Shown in pieces: positions 1 through 10,573 of a stretch of 64,000 nucleotides of DNA; position 1 is the stretch's first letter, and each line of letters starts with the position of its first letter. This stretch comes from Trueperaceae bacterium (GTDB lineage: Bacteria > Deinococcota > Deinococci > Deinococcales > Trueperaceae). A program made the translations under genes and the position numbers. The notes below the pieces were generated by a model, which did no database searches, had not been told where the DNA came from, and worked only from the letters and a program-made list of their open reading frames with translations. The stretch spans positions 768,001 through 832,000 of the forward strand of contig OZ243927.1 of the NCBI GenBank assembly GCA_965213925.1. The letters run 5' to 3'.

Positions 1-1174
1 TGTCGGTCTTGGCGCTGTCATCCAGGAGGAGCGCGTCACACTCGACGTTGGAGCGTGCGTTTCTCGCGCCTTCATGGATGTCCACCAGACCGCGGTACGA
101 GGAGCGCCCGCCGTCTTTCGAGATGGACTTCGACACCACCGAGGAAGAGGTATGCGGCGCAGCGTGGACCATCTTCGCGCCTGCGTCCTGATGCTGCCCT
201 TCGCCCGCAAAGGCGATGGACAAGACTTCGCCCCGTGCGCCCTCGTCTAAGAGGTAGCAAGACGGGTACTTCATCGTGACTTTCGAGCCTAAGTTGCCGT
301 CCAACCAGCCCATCGAAGCGTCCTTGTAAACTAGGGCACGCTGCGTGACGAGGTTGTAGACGTTGTGTGACCAGTTCTGAATCGTCGAGTAGCGCACGTC
401 CGAGTTGTCGTTACAGATGATCTCGATGACGCCGCTGTGGAACGAGTCCGAGTTATAGGTCGGCGCGGTGCAGCCCTCGATGTAGTGAAACTTCGAGCCC
501 TCTTCGCCGATGATGAGCGTCCGCTCGAACTGCCCCATGCTCTGCGCGTTGATAAGGAAGTAGGCTTGCAGCGGTACTTCGATTTCGACGCCAGCCGGCA
601 CGTAGACGAACGAGCCACCCGACCACGCCGCCGAGTTCACCGCCGCGAAGTAGTTGTCCTCGGGTGGTACGACGGTCGCGAAGTACTCGCGGAACAGCTC
701 GGGGTGCTCTTGGAGACCCGTATCGGTATCCATGAAGATGACGCCCTGCTTCTCCCACTCCTCTTTGAGCGAGTGGTAGACCATCTCCGACTCGTACTGC
801 GCGCCGACGCCCGCCAAGGCCTTCTGCTCCGCCTCGGGGATTCCCAAACGGCGGTAGGTCTCGCGGACCTCTTCGGGCACGTCGTCCCAGGAGTTGGTGC
901 CCTTCTTGTCCTGCGGGCGGATGTAGAAGTAGATGTCGTCGAAGTTGAGGCTGTTAAGGTCCGGTCCCCACTTGGGGCGACCTTTCTTCTCGGCGATCTC
1001 GAGCGCCTTGAGGCGAAACGCGAGCATCCACTCCGGCTCGTTTTTGTGATACGAAATCTGCTCGATGACGCGGCGCGTCAAGCCCTTTTCCGAGCGGAAG
1101 AAGTACTCTTCGGGTAGGCTGAACTGGTACTGCTTTTCGTGCTGCATCCCTTGCAGGTTGGTTGCGTCAGACAT
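1..1174 (-). CDS. sufB: Fe-S cluster assembly protein SufB (runs off the left edge)
   Basis: ATG at 1174 with AGGAAAGG RBS; open frame to the window edge ([18 protein letters not shown]...[12 protein letters not shown]); directly downstream of sufC. Confidence 0.95.
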   Translation of the reverse strand, partial: MSDATNLQGMQHEKQYQFSLPEEYFFRSEKGLTRRVIEQISYHKNEPEWMLAFRLKALEIAEKKGRPKWGPDLNSLNFDDIYFYIRPQDKKGTNSWDDVPEEVRETYRRLGIPEAEQKALAGVGAQYESEMVYHSLKEEWEKQGVIFMDTDTGLQEHPELFREYFATVVPPEDNYFAAVNSAAWSGGSFVYVPAGVEIEVPLQAYFLINAQSMGQFERTLIIGEEGSKFHYIEGCTAPTYNSDSFHSGVIEIICNDNSDVRYSTIQNWSHNVYNLVTQRALVYKDASMGWLDGNLGSKVTMKYPSCYLLDEGARGEVLSIAFAGEGQHQDAGAKMVHAAPHTSSSVVSKSISKDGGRSSYRGLVDIHEGARNARSNVECDALLLDDSAKTD

Positions 1175-1232
1175 GAAGTGTTCCTTTCCTAGTCTGGATA
1201 AGCATGATAGTTGATTGAATCTAAGGACTGAG

Positions 1233-1282
1233 CAGTCAGTAGACAGAATTCAGCATTACTACTGACTACTGAATTTTGTCTA
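1233..1282. repeat. Heptamer-based intergenic hairpin
   Basis: TAGACAGAATTCAGCA (1240) pairs with TACTGAATTTTGTCTA (1267); tandem ACTACTG units. Confidence 0.6.
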
Positions 1283-1288
1283 TTGAAC

Positions 1289-2050
1289 CTACACCGCCAC
1301 CTCTTCGCGCAACCAGTCATAGCCCTTCTGGTCAAGCTCCATCGCCAACTCCTTCGGACCCTCTTTGATGACTTTGCCCTTATACATCACGTGGACTTTG
1401 TCCGGGATGATGTAGTTGAGCAGGCGCTGATAGTGCGTGATGACGAGCGCCCCGAAATTCTCACCTCTCGCGGCGTTCACGCCCTGCGAGACGGTTTTAA
1501 GCGCGTCCACATCCAGACCCGAATCGGTCTCGTCGAGGATGGCGTACTTGGGCTCTAAAACTAAAAGCTGCAAGACCTCACTGCGCTTCTTCTCGCCGCC
1601 CGAGAAGCCCTCGTGCAAATTGCGCTCGATGATGGAGTCGTCCCAGTTAAGCGCTTTAACCGCACTCTGGAGCTTGTTGTAGAACTCCATCACGCCGATT
1701 TCGTCGTCGTCCTCGCGGCGGGCGTTCACGGCTAAGCGCAAGAAGTTGGCGATCGAGACGCCAGGGACTTCGACGGGATACTGAAACGCCAAGTAGAGAC
1801 CGGCGCGCGCCCTTTCGTCGGGCTCCATCTCCATGACGTTTTCGCCGTCTACTAAGATTTCACCTTCCGTGACTTCGTAGGCGGGGTCACCTGCGATGAC
1901 CTTGGCGAGCGTGGATTTGCCTGAGCCGTTGGGGCCCATCAGCGCGTGGACTTCACCCGTTGGTACGACTAAATCTATACCGCGTAAAATAGGCTCGCCG
2001 TTGATTTCGGCGTGCAGGTTGCGGATTTCTAGCTGATTACTCATGGACAC
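1289..2050 (-). CDS. sufC: Fe-S cluster assembly ATPase SufC
   Basis: GPNGSGKST Walker A, FSGGEKKR signature, [11 protein letters not shown]alker B. Confidence 0.97.
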   Translation of the reverse strand: MSMSNQLEIRNLHAEINGEPILRGIDLVVPTGEVHALMGPNGSGKSTLAKVIAGDPAYEVTEGEILVDGENVMEMEPDERARAGLYLAFQYPVEVPGVSIANFLRLAVNARREDDDEIGVMEFYNKLQSAVKALNWDDSIIERNLHEGFSGGEKKRSEVLQLLVLEPKYAILDETDSGLDVDALKTVSQGVNAARGENFGALVITHYQRLLNYIIPDKVHVMYKGKVIKEGPKELAMELDQKGYDWLREEVAV

Positions 2051-2149
2051 CTCTTACTTGTGAATGGCTTGTAAAGAGAGAAAATGGGGCTCCCCTAGCC
2101 TCAACCGAGTGAGGCGAGGGTGAGCTTTTTAGGACTCATTCCGAGTTTT

Positions 2150-2195
2150 AGTATACACGCCTAGAGGGGTAAAGTCGAGTATTCCACTCAGCATT
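2150..2195 (-). promoter_or_regulatory. suf promoter with overlapping Rrf2/IscR-type palindrome
   Basis: Minus strand TCGACT-17 nt-TATACT; imperfect palindrome AAAGTCGAGTATTCCACTCAGCATT (2171-2195) covers the -35. Confidence 0.55.
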
Positions 2196-2364
2196 TCAGA
2201 GCGTCGGATAGGGTCTCATACGGATTCCGCTTCATTCTCTATCACTGAGAGAAGCTTCGGGGAAACGTCTATACGTTCTATCCGTCTCTTCTTTTCTATT
2301 CACGCGGTTCCCGGGTAATTCTCGTAGGAATTACTTCGAGATGGTCTAAATAGGACGTGGCGGG

Positions 2365-3309
2365 CTACTTCTTGCGCTTAAACCAGCCAAACAGCCCCGA
2401 CTTCTCATCGGCTATATCTTTGGGGGCTGCGGGCGCGGCGTCGCTCTGTGTCTGTTTCACGCGGCTCGCCCGCCCGATTTGCGGCGGCATCTGCACCGTC
2501 TCGGCGCTGAGCCCGGCCGCTCGACTAAACACACTGATAAAGTCGCGCACGGTCTTAAAGCGCTTCGCCTGGTCGCGCGACATCGCCGTTTTAACGACGC
2601 TGTTGACCGTGGCGCTCAGCTCGGGTCGGTGGTGGCGCAAATTTTTGGGTAGCCCTGAGAGGTGCGCCATCATCAAATCTTGCTGCGTGCTGCCCGTGAA
2701 AGGACGCTCGCCCGCGAGGACTTCATAGGCGAGAATACCCAGACTGTACACGTCACTTTGAACCGTGGCGTTATGACCTTGGAAAATTTCGGGAGCCATA
2801 TAAAAGGCGGTGCCGACGCGCTCGTTGGACTTTTCGGTGAGGTAGAGCCCCGTGCCGAAGTCGCCCAGTTTCGCCTTGTCCTCGCGGATCAAAAAGACGT
2901 TGGCGGGTTTCACGTCGCGGTGGAGGATTTGGCGGGTGTGGGCGTGTTCTAACCCCCGCGCCACATCTAAAATGAGCTTGTAAGCGAGGTCCAAAGGAAG
3001 CTGCCCGCGCTCTAAGAGCCGCTGGTCTAAGGTTCCGCCGGGGCACAGCTCGAGCGCCAAAAATGCGTGAGCGCCCGTGGGGTGCCCGTCCAACGCCCTT
3101 ACGATGCTCGAGTGTTTAAGCTTCAAGGTGAACTGCACCTCGTTCTCGAACATGCGCCGCAAGACGGGTTGCTTGTGCAACTCCGGTCTCGGCAGCTTGA
3201 GCGCCACCTCCCCCAAATCCTCGTGCTCGGCCCTATAGACGTGAGAAGTCTGCCCGGAGCCTAAGAGCCGAGATACTTGGTAATCGGGGGGAGTGTAAGT
3301 GGGTTCCAT
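2365..3309 (-). CDS. Hanks-type Ser/Thr protein kinase
   Basis: LGSG, VALK, HRDVKPAN, DFG, YMAPE, DVYSLG motifs. Confidence 0.93.
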   Translation of the reverse strand: MEPTYTPPDYQVSRLLGSGQTSHVYRAEHEDLGEVALKLPRPELHKQPVLRRMFENEVQFTLKLKHSSIVRALDGHPTGAHAFLALELCPGGTLDQRLLERGQLPLDLAYKLILDVARGLEHAHTRQILHRDVKPANVFLIREDKAKLGDFGTGLYLTEKSNERVGTAFYMAPEIFQGHNATVQSDVYSLGILAYEVLAGERPFTGSTQQDLMMAHLSGLPKNLRHHRPELSATVNSVVKTAMSRDQAKRFKTVRDFISVFSRAAGLSAETVQMPPQIGRASRVKQTQSDAAPAAPKDIADEKSGLFGWFKRKK

Positions 3310-3321
3310 AAAAAGGGGTCC

Positions 3322-3996
3322 TTAAAGCTCGGTGCTCTCTCCAGGGGATAAAACGGTGCACCTGCTGTTCGTCTGGCTCTCGACAGATGACTTGAACGCT
3401 CCCGCGTCTTGCTGGATGACCTCGAAGGTGTTGTAGTGAACGGGGATGACCTCTTTGGGCTGAGTCATCTTAACCGCTTCTAGCGCGTCGTCCGGTCCCA
3501 TCGTGAAGTTGTCGCCAATCGGCAAGATGGCGAGGTCGATGCCGCCTCTGGTGATGAGCTTCATGTCGCTAAAGAGCGCCGTGTCGCCCGCGTGATAGAT
3601 GCGCTTGCCTTCGATCTCCAAGATGATGCCCATCGGCATTCCCCCGTAGGTGCCGTCAGGAAAGGAACTCGAGTGCCACGCCGGGGTGAAGGTCACCTTG
3701 CCGAAGTCGAAGGTGCGGCTGCCGCCGGGGTTCATCGGGTGCGCCTGAATGTCCTTTTCACCCACGTAGTTAGCGATCTCGAAGCTCGAGACGACCGTCG
3801 CCCCGCTCCTTTTGGCGATGTCTTCGGTGTCGCCGTAGTGATCGCCGTGCGCGTGGGTCAGCAGGATGTGCGAGGGCGAAAACTCGTCCGGGCTATTTAC
3901 TGCAAGCTCGTTGCCCGACATGAAGGGGTCGATCAAGATGCTGTGACCGTTTATCTCGATGTGAAAGCCGGACTGTCCTAAAAAAGTAATCTTCAT
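3322..3996 (-). CDS. Metallo-beta-lactamase-fold hydrolase (UPF0173-like)
   Basis: THAHGDH, HSS, YHAGDT, PVHYNTF motifs. Confidence 0.9.
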   Translation of the reverse strand: MKITFLGQSGFHIEINGHSILIDPFMSGNELAVNSPDEFSPSHILLTHAHGDHYGDTEDIAKRSGATVVSSFEIANYVGEKDIQAHPMNPGGSRTFDFGKVTFTPAWHSSSFPDGTYGGMPMGIILEIEGKRIYHAGDTALFSDMKLITRGGIDLAILPIGDNFTMGPDDALEAVKMTQPKEVIPVHYNTFEVIQQDAGAFKSSVESQTNSRCTVLSPGESTEL

Positions 3997-4131
3997 AGCG
4001 CCTCCTACAGCTTACCGTACGCGAATCCCTTAGGGTTGTGAAAGTATTCTAACATTCACGCGAAAAGGTTTTTTTCCGTTTTTGCTTCGCAAGTTGTGTG
4101 GGTGGCTGTCTATCCGATCCCGACAAGACAT

Positions 4132-5322
4132 CTAGCTCACCTCTTGCTCCGGCGGCTGCGGCTCGGCTCGCGCGGCTACTTGCGGATAGGTGACGCGCCC
4201 GGTGATCAGCAGGTCCCGCTCGATGAAGTCCGTCGCGAGGTCGCTCAGCTCGATCGCTTCGTCCATCTCGGTCACGCCGAGTCCGCTCAGGGGACTCGCG
4301 CCGCCTCCACCTAGAAGCTTAGGACCGATGAAGGTGGCGATCTTGTCGACAGCGCGCTTTTCGAAAAAGGACCAGGCGAGGGTGCCGCCGCCCTCGAGCA
4401 GCAAACTCGTGACTTCTAGCTCGTAGAGTTTCTCCAGAGCGGCGCGGAGGTCGGCGCGCCCGCGCGTCTCGGGAAGGCTGAAAACCTGTGCGCCCTTCTC
4501 CTCCAAAGCTGCGACCCTCGCCTCCGGCGCTTTCTCCGTCACGAAGAGGATGACTTTCGCGTCTTGCCCTTGCGGGTCTCGGCCAAAAAGCTTGGCGTCC
4601 ACGGGCGTACGCGCGACCGAATCGAAGACCACTTTAATAGGGGTTTGCCCGCGCTCGAGGCGCGAGGTTAGGAGCGGATCGTCGAGCAAGACGGTGTTGA
4701 TGCCGACCGCCACCGCGTCTAGCTCATTGCGCCACACCTGCACCAAGTCCCGCGCCGCTTTGCCCGTAATCCAGCGCGACTGTCCGGTGCGTGTAGCGAT
4801 CTTCCCGTCCAGCGTCATCGCGGTTTTGTAGAGCACGAAAGGGCGCTGGTGACGCTGCACCGTAAGGAAAACCTCGTTTTGCCGTTCAGCCTGATCCTGA
4901 AGCACGCCGGTGACGACCTCGATACCCGCGTTTTGTAGCGCTTCGACGCCGTTCACTTTCGGATTGGGGTCCTCCGCACCGATGACGACGCGGCGCACGC
5001 CCGCGCGGATGAGCGCGTCGGTGCAAGGCGGGGTGCGTCCGTGATGGCTACAGGGCTCGAGCGTCACGTAAACTGTCGCCCCTTCCACGCTCTCCTGCGC
5101 ATTTTCGGCGTCCCTAAGCGCGTTCACCTCAGCGTGAGGCTCGCCCGCGCGTTCGTGCCACCCCCTGCCGATGACCTCACCGTCTTTGACGATGACACAG
5201 CCGACGAGCGGGTTGGGCGAGGTGCGCCCGCGCCCCTTTTCGGCGAGTTCTAAGGCCTGCGCCATAAAGCGCTCGTGTTCGGCGAGCGGCTCGCTGCTGC
5301 CTGCGCTCACCGCTCCCTCCAC
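4132..5322 (-). CDS. ribD: Bifunctional riboflavin deaminase/reductase RibD
   Basis: PNPLVG, HAE, TLEPCSHHGRTPPC, TLDGKIA, LLEGG motifs. Confidence 0.96.
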   Translation of the reverse strand: MEGAVSAGSSEPLAEHERFMAQALELAEKGRGRTSPNPLVGCVIVKDGEVIGRGWHERAGEPHAEVNALRDAENAQESVEGATVYVTLEPCSHHGRTPPCTDALIRAGVRRVVIGAEDPNPKVNGVEALQNAGIEVVTGVLQDQAERQNEVFLTVQRHQRPFVLYKTAMTLDGKIATRTGQSRWITGKAARDLVQVWRNELDAVAVGINTVLLDDPLLTSRLERGQTPIKVVFDSVARTPVDAKLFGRDPQGQDAKVILFVTEKAPEARVAALEEKGAQVFSLPETRGRADLRAALEKLYELEVTSLLLEGGGTLAWSFFEKRAVDKIATFIGPKLLGGGGASPLSGLGVTEMDEAIELSDLATDFIERDLLITGRVTYPQVAARAEPQPPEQEVS

Positions 5323-5655
5323 GTAAGTACTACGTTCGACTTCATAATGTTGAGGCTAGATGCCCGTGCGCCTAGCCGTACCTCCCCGCTTAGTATACGG
5401 CTCGAGCGACCGGCGCAAATTGCGTCGCACCTCTATTCGGCATTTCCGCTCGTCACTACCGCACCACGAGTAGCGAAGGACCTAAGTGAAAGGCTTCGCT
5501 GCAGTTCTATAGACCTTGTTGCTACGCTCACGTATGGCGTTTCGGAGTCGGCTAAACCTGTACTACACGGGCGTTAGCTTTTGAAGTTTGGGTTAGTCGT
5601 TACTCCTACGAGAGCGCTTAATGACCAGAAAATACTCTCTATACAGGAGGATTAA

Positions 5656-6153
5656 ATGTTCAGATCGTTTTTAGCCCTAATTTTGCTCTTTGCTCTAGCC
5701 GCGTGTACGCCGGGGACGAAAGGGAGCAGCGCCTCGAGCGCATTCGATGTAAGAGAAGGACCCATCATGATTTCCGACGCGGGCGGCTACTACGCTTCTT
5801 ACCAGGTCGTGCCGCAAGCGTTCGGACTTGACCCCGACGACTTCGCCACAGCGGTTGTGAAAAATCCTAGAAAGGGTAAAAAAACCTCGGCGAATATCAC
5901 CAACCGCTTCAGCGTTGCAAATACCTCCATGCCAGAAGACTGGGAGGTTATGCTCAGCTCGGCCAAACTCATTAAAGAGGTTGCGGAGGTGGGTAGCCGT
6001 TCGGTGAGCTACTACTACTGGCTCGACCTCACGTTCAAAATCGACGTACCAGAGGGTGCGGAGCCCGGTGTCTATGGCGAGAGTGTGCGCGTCAAGGCGA
6101 GAAGCGGAGTAGAGCAAGCGGTTCCGATAAACTTCATTCTAGCGTCGAGCTAG
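5656..6153 (+). CDS. Hypothetical lipoprotein
   Basis: AGGAGG RBS; hydrophobic leader ending in LAAC lipobox. Confidence 0.75.
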   Translation: MFRSFLALILLFALAACTPGTKGSSASSAFDVREGPIMISDAGGYYASYQVVPQAFGLDPDDFATAVVKNPRKGKKTSANITNRFSVANTSMPEDWEVMLSSAKLIKEVAEVGSRSVSYYYWLDLTFKIDVPEGAEPGVYGESVRVKARSGVEQAVPINFILASS

Positions 6154-6194
6154 AGGGTTTTGCCGCGTGAAGTGCCACGCGCAGACAATGTCTT

Positions 6195-6232
6195 GCAGGA
6201 AGAGGAGGGTTTCGCCCTCCTCTTCCTTCTGT
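6195..6232. terminator. Hairpin between convergent genes (probable terminator)
   Basis: GCAGGAAGGAGGAGGG-TTTCG-CCCTCCTCTTCCTTCTGT imperfect stem-loop. Confidence 0.6.
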
Positions 6233-6236
6233 AACG

Positions 6237-7607
6237 TCAGCTCGAGAGTTCCGCCTCTTTCGCCCTACGCTGCGCCATGTGCGTATCTGAGACGAGCTTC
6301 TCGGTGCGGTCGGCAATTTCGGCGGGGGAGGGCTGCATGTCGGTGATGAGCCGCGCGTGGCGGTCGAAGGTGAGGTAGCCGTACGCCCAGTTCATAAAGG
6401 CGTTGACGCGGTTTTGATAGCCGGGCAAGTAGACGAGGTGCAAGAGTAGCCAGGAGAGCCAGCCCATGAAACCCCGGAAGTTGAAGCCGCCGAACTCCTC
6501 GGAAAGCTCGGCGATGCCCGCGTTGCGTCCGATAATCGCCATGATGCCTTTGTCAAAGTAGTTGAACGCTTCGGTCTCTCGCGCTTCGAGGTGCCGCTGA
6601 ACCTGCTTCGCGGCGTGCTTACCGCCCTGAATCGCGACCTGCGCGACCTGCGGGTGCATGTTTCCCTCTTCGTCTTTGCTGCCGGCGGAGTCGCCGACAA
6701 CAAAAGCGTAAGAATGACCCGGGACGCTCAAGTCTTTCTCGACCTTGACGCGGTAGCCGCGCTCGAGTTCTACGTCCATCGCTTCGACCACCGGGCTCGC
6801 GCGGATGCCCGCCGCCCACAGAAGCGTCTGCGTCGGGATGACCTCGCCGCTGTCGAGTTCGACCTCGTCTTCGCGCACTTCGGAGACAGCAGTCCCCAAA
6901 CGAATATCCACACCGCGCCGCCGCAGCACACGCTCCGTATATTTCTGCGATTCCTCTTCGAAGGGCGCGAGTAAATTGTCCAACATCTCGACCAGGACGA
7001 TGCGGGCTCTTGTCGTATCGAGGTCAGGAAAATCCTTGGGCAACACGCGGTCGAACAGCTCCGAGAGAGCGCCCGCCATCTCCACGCCGGTCGGACCGCC
7101 GCCGACCAGCACGAAGTTAAGAATGCCCTCGTCGATCAGGCTCGGGTCCGCGTTGGCGCGCTCGAACTGGCGCAGCACGTGTGAGCGGATGTTGACCGCC
7201 TCGGTCAAGCTCTTGAGCATAAAGCCGTGCTTTTTCACGCCGGGGATGCCGAAGTCGTTGTAAACCGCGCCCGTCGCCACGATGAGGTAATCGAAGGCTA
7301 TGTTCTCATCGTCGGCTAGGCTGACCTCTTTCTTGTCCCAGTCCACGCCGTCGACTGTGCCTTGGCGAAAGCGGAAGTTCTTTTGGTGGCGGAAGATGGC
7401 GCGCACCGTATGCGCGACCTCGTCGGGCTCTAAGCCTGCAGTGGCGACCTGATAGATGAGCGGTTGAAAGGTGTGGTAATTGTTCTGGTCGATCATCAAA
7501 ACTTCGACGGGCGCTCTCTTGAGCGCTTTGGCGGCGTAGAGCCCGCCGAACCCTGCGCCAACGACGACCACGCGCGGCTGCCGACCTGTTGTAAATTCGT
7601 GGGTCAC
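6237..7607 (-). CDS. ndh: Type II NADH dehydrogenase family FAD oxidoreductase
   Basis: GAGFGG, FQPLIYQVAT, GGGPTGVEMAG, AQVAIQGG; GTG at 7607 follows AGGAGG. Confidence 0.9.
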   Translation of the reverse strand: MTHEFTTGRQPRVVVVGAGFGGLYAAKALKRAPVEVLMIDQNNYHTFQPLIYQVATAGLEPDEVAHTVRAIFRHQKNFRFRQGTVDGVDWDKKEVSLADDENIAFDYLIVATGAVYNDFGIPGVKKHGFMLKSLTEAVNIRSHVLRQFERANADPSLIDEGILNFVLVGGGPTGVEMAGALSELFDRVLPKDFPDLDTTRARIVLVEMLDNLLAPFEEESQKYTERVLRRRGVDIRLGTAVSEVREDEVELDSGEVIPTQTLLWAAGIRASPVVEAMDVELERGYRVKVEKDLSVPGHSYAFVVGDSAGSKDEEGNMHPQVAQVAIQGGKHAAKQVQRHLEARETEAFNYFDKGIMAIIGRNAGIAELSEEFGGFNFRGFMGWLSWLLLHLVYLPGYQNRVNAFMNWAYGYLTFDRHARLITDMQPSPAEIADRTEKLVSDTHMAQRRAKEAELSS

Positions 7608-7868
7608 GCTTGAACCTCCTCTGGTGATGTTGCGCAGCGACGCCGCCTTGTGCAACGTCTAAGGGTGAATCTAAATACAAGTATAACGCGCAACCCGTCA
7701 TGGTTGTTCATAAAGGAGTTATCGCTGGATAGTGAAGAGGCCCGAGCTTGACCCGCAAAGCTATCAAATAGCTATTGAACAGTTACCCCGCAACTACCCT
7801 ACATCTACCCTTACACCACCATAGCGTTAAAGCAGGTGCAAATTTGTATTCAGTTGCGCCAAGGCGGT

Positions 7869-8714
7869 TTACCCTTGCGACATTTTAAGCGCGATGGTGC
7901 GACCTGTCGGCGTGTCCGCAACGCCGCCTTCGCCCGTCTCGCGCAGTTCCGGCGGCAAGCTGCGCCCGACAGACGCCATCGCTGAGACGACCTCGTCGGG
8001 CGGGATGAAAGACTCCAAACCTGCCAGCGCGAGCTGCGCCGACGAGACCGCGTGAACGCTGAAGAAGGCGTTGCGGCTCACACAAGGCACCTCAACGTAG
8101 CCGCCCACCGGGTCACAGACTAAACCAATCGTGTTCATCAACGCCATCGTAGCCGCGTGGACGCTTCTACGCGCGTTGCCGCCCAAAAGCTCACAGACCG
8201 CCGCCGCCGCCATCGCTGCTGAGGAGCCTATCTCCGCCTGACAACCGCCCGTCGAACCGGCGATGAACATCTGTTGCGAGATGATCTCGCCGACGCCCGC
8301 CGCGAGCGCGACGGGGCGCACGAGCCTTTCGTCCTCTAAGCCCAGATGGTCCGCCACGCCTAAGAGCGCGCCGGGCAAGGTGCCCGCGCTGCCCGCTGTG
8401 GGCGCAGCGACGATGCGTCCCATGCGGGCGTTTTCTTCGTTCACCGCCATCGCGTAGGCTTGTACGCGCTTCAAGAGCGGTGCATTAAGCTTATCGTCCT
8501 CTTCAAAGAGCGTCTTCGCGTTCCAGCCGACCATCCCGGTGCGGCTCTTCTTGTCTGAAGCCAGACCTCTTCGCACTGAGTCGCGCATCTCTTTAACTCG
8601 AGACCGTAACGCCCCTAAAAATTCCTCCTTAGCTGCGTCGTCATTCTCAAACGAGTCCGCGAGAACCGCGTCAGAGGCTAGACCCTCAACTTCGGAAAGT
8701 TCGGTTAAGTTCAC
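7869..8714 (-). CDS. sdaAA: L-serine ammonia-lyase, Fe-S dependent, alpha subunit
   Basis: [42 protein letters not shown]. Confidence 0.93.
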   Translation of the reverse strand: MNLTELSEVEGLASDAVLADSFENDDAAKEEFLGALRSRVKEMRDSVRRGLASDKKSRTGMVGWNAKTLFEEDDKLNAPLLKRVQAYAMAVNEENARMGRIVAAPTAGSAGTLPGALLGVADHLGLEDERLVRPVALAAGVGEIISQQMFIAGSTGGCQAEIGSSAAMAAAAVCELLGGNARRSVHAATMALMNTIGLVCDPVGGYVEVPCVSRNAFFSVHAVSSAQLALAGLESFIPPDEVVSAMASVGRSLPPELRETGEGGVADTPTGRTIALKMSQG

Positions 8715-9382
8715 GCTTGACCTCGCATCACTTCGGGCAAAAAGCGCAGCCAGTGGATATAGGGCACGTGCGTCAGGTAGTCCAGCACGTATTGAGAGAG
8801 CTGCCGGTCCACCTCAACGGACATCATGGCGAAGCCGCCGCGCTTGCGCCGCGCGCAGTGCAGCGTAGCGATGTTGACCTCGTCGTCGGCGATAACCCGC
8901 GCCACGCGCGCGATCACGCCCGGTTTGTCCTCGTGCTCTAAGAGGAGGGTGTGATGTGCGCCCGAAACGTTGACGCCGAAGCCGTTGACCTTAAAAACGC
9001 GTACCAGACCGCCGCCCAAGCTCGAGCCCACCACCTCGACCTCTTCGCTAGAATTTGAAAGTCGAATGCCGACGGTGTTCGGATGGACGTCGCCTAAGTC
9101 TTTAGTCGCGAAGGTAATCTCTAAGCCCTGCGCCTGGGCAAGTTCTAAAGCGTTTTGAATGCGCGCGTCATCAGGATAGCAGCCCATCAGCCCCGCCGCT
9201 AGCGCGAGGTCTGTGCCGTGTCCCTTGGCGGTTTTCGCAAACGAGCCGTGTAGCGTGAGCGTCGCCTCCTCGGGTTCGCGGATGAGCGTGTGCCGCGCGA
9301 GTAAGGCGAGGCGGCACGCACCAGCGGTGTGGCTACTCGAGGGACCCACCATCACCGGACCAATGACATCTAAGAGGCTCAT
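8711..9382 (-). CDS. sdaAB: L-serine ammonia-lyase, beta subunit (ACT domain)
   Basis: [22 protein letters not shown]-terminal ACT (DKPGVIA). Confidence 0.93.
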   Translation of the reverse strand: MSLLDVIGPVMVGPSSSHTAGACRLALLARHTLIREPEEATLTLHGSFAKTAKGHGTDLALAAGLMGCYPDDARIQNALELAQAQGLEITFATKDLGDVHPNTVGIRLSNSSEEVEVVGSSLGGGLVRVFKVNGFGVNVSGAHHTLLLEHEDKPGVIARVARVIADDEVNIATLHCARRKRGGFAMMSVEVDRQLSQYVLDYLTHVPYIHWLRFLPEVMRGQA

Positions 9383-9394
9383 GCTGCTATCAGT

Positions 9395-9664
9395 TTAGCG
9401 AGCGTGACCCCCCTCGTTTCGCCCCGGTTTCATCACGAAGTACAAAATGATGGCGATAAGCGGGAAGACGACCGCGCCTAGTCCCCACATAATTTTCTGC
9501 GGACGAGTCAGCGCGTCGCGCTTCGAGGTCTGGTTGGCAACGAAGATAACGATCGCTGCCCACACTGCAATCGCGACGAGCAAAAGAAACACTTCGGTGC
9601 TCGTCGCCGGAAAACTGAGCCCGACGGTGCCTAAAACGGTTGTGTGGCTGATAGTGTAAGACAT
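9395..9664 (-). CDS. Small membrane protein (PLDc N-terminal-like)
   Basis: Two hydrophobic segments with K..W....FPLI..ILYF pattern; start uncertain. Confidence 0.6.
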   Translation of the reverse strand: MSYTISHTTVLGTVGLSFPATSTEVFLLLVAIAVWAAIVIFVANQTSKRDALTRPQKIMWGLGAVVFPLIAIILYFVMKPGRNEGGHAR

Positions 9665-9743
9665 AAGTATCCCCCAATAAGCTCGAGGATACAAAGAAGA
9701 ATCAAGTTTTTCTGCCGTCAGCGTTGCAGTTATAGAAGCTAGA

Positions 9744-9818
9744 AGCAATGAGCAATGAGCCTAAAGCAATGAGCCTAAAGGGTTTCACTCATTGCTCGTT
9801 GCTCTTGACTCATTACTC
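9744..9818. repeat. Inverted tandem heptamer repeat
   Basis: AGCAATG/AGCCTAA x5 followed by CTCATTG-like x4. Confidence 0.75.
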
Positions 9819-9819
9819 C

Positions 9820-10110
9820 CTACTTAACAGACTCCTTGAGCGATTTGCCGGGCTTAAACGCCGGATATTTGCTCGCCGGGATGTCAATTTTGTCGGTCGT
9901 ACCGGGTTTGACGCCCGTGCGGGCGCGGCGCTCGCGCACCTCGAAGGTGCCAAAACCTGTGAGTTGCACCTTGTACTCTTGGTCTAAGTGGTTGCCGATC
10001 TGCTCGATCATGGCGTCCATGACGGACTTGACATCTTTTTTCTTCATGCCTGTCTCGTCCGAGACTTTGTCCACGAGGTCAGCCTTAGACACGGTTTTCG
10101 CCTTCGCCAT
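9820..10110 (-). CDS. hup: HU family DNA-binding protein
   Basis: KADLV, GFGTFEVRERRAR, PAFKPGKSLK. Confidence 0.95.
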   Translation of the reverse strand: MAKAKTVSKADLVDKVSDETGMKKKDVKSVMDAMIEQIGNHLDQEYKVQLTGFGTFEVRERRARTGVKPGTTDKIDIPASKYPAFKPGKSLKESVK

Positions 10111-10440
10111 TGTTCATGCCTCCTTTGAATTGTAACTTGGGGCGTACTTTAGCACGAGAAATCGTAAGAAAGCAAGTCCCTCACGGGACACACGAGTTTG
10201 GCGCGTCAGGGACGAGCTTTTCGACGCCTCTTCGCCCGAGCGCATCCAAGTAAATACGATAAACGTTGTCCTGGACGCAACTTTAGAGCAAGGTCAGGAA
10301 AATGTCAAGAGGTATTAGTTGCACCGGCTCGAGTGATGCAACTGTACGGTTCTGTATTGAGTGGATGCGTCAACGTAGTTTAAACCGATAAGTTGAGGCG
10401 TTTGAGGCTACTCGAGCTATAGTCCTTACCTACAATTCAA

Positions 10441-10558
10441 GGTAGTGGCTCCCTCTGGAATGCTCATGGAGTATGAAAACAAGGGGTTGCAACCCCTTGT
10501 TTTCTAGCGGGAATTGGACCCACTCACGAGGCGCGTCATTCGATCTTGACCCACTACC
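10441..10558. mobile_element. MITE-like element with IS1-type ends
   Basis: Terminal IR GGTAGTGG...CCACTACC; internal perfect 30-bp palindrome GAAAACAAGGGGTTGCAACCCCTTGTTTTC. Confidence 0.5.
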
Positions 10559-10573
10559 CGATGCGATTGCACG

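Noticed and set aside
437..1117. Long antisense ORFs (also 11926-12699, 40642-41238 and others)
   Set aside because: Shadow frames of well-supported genes in GC-rich DNA
5323..5650. FMN riboswitch upstream of ribD
   Set aside because: No RFN conserved blocks visible on the minus strand
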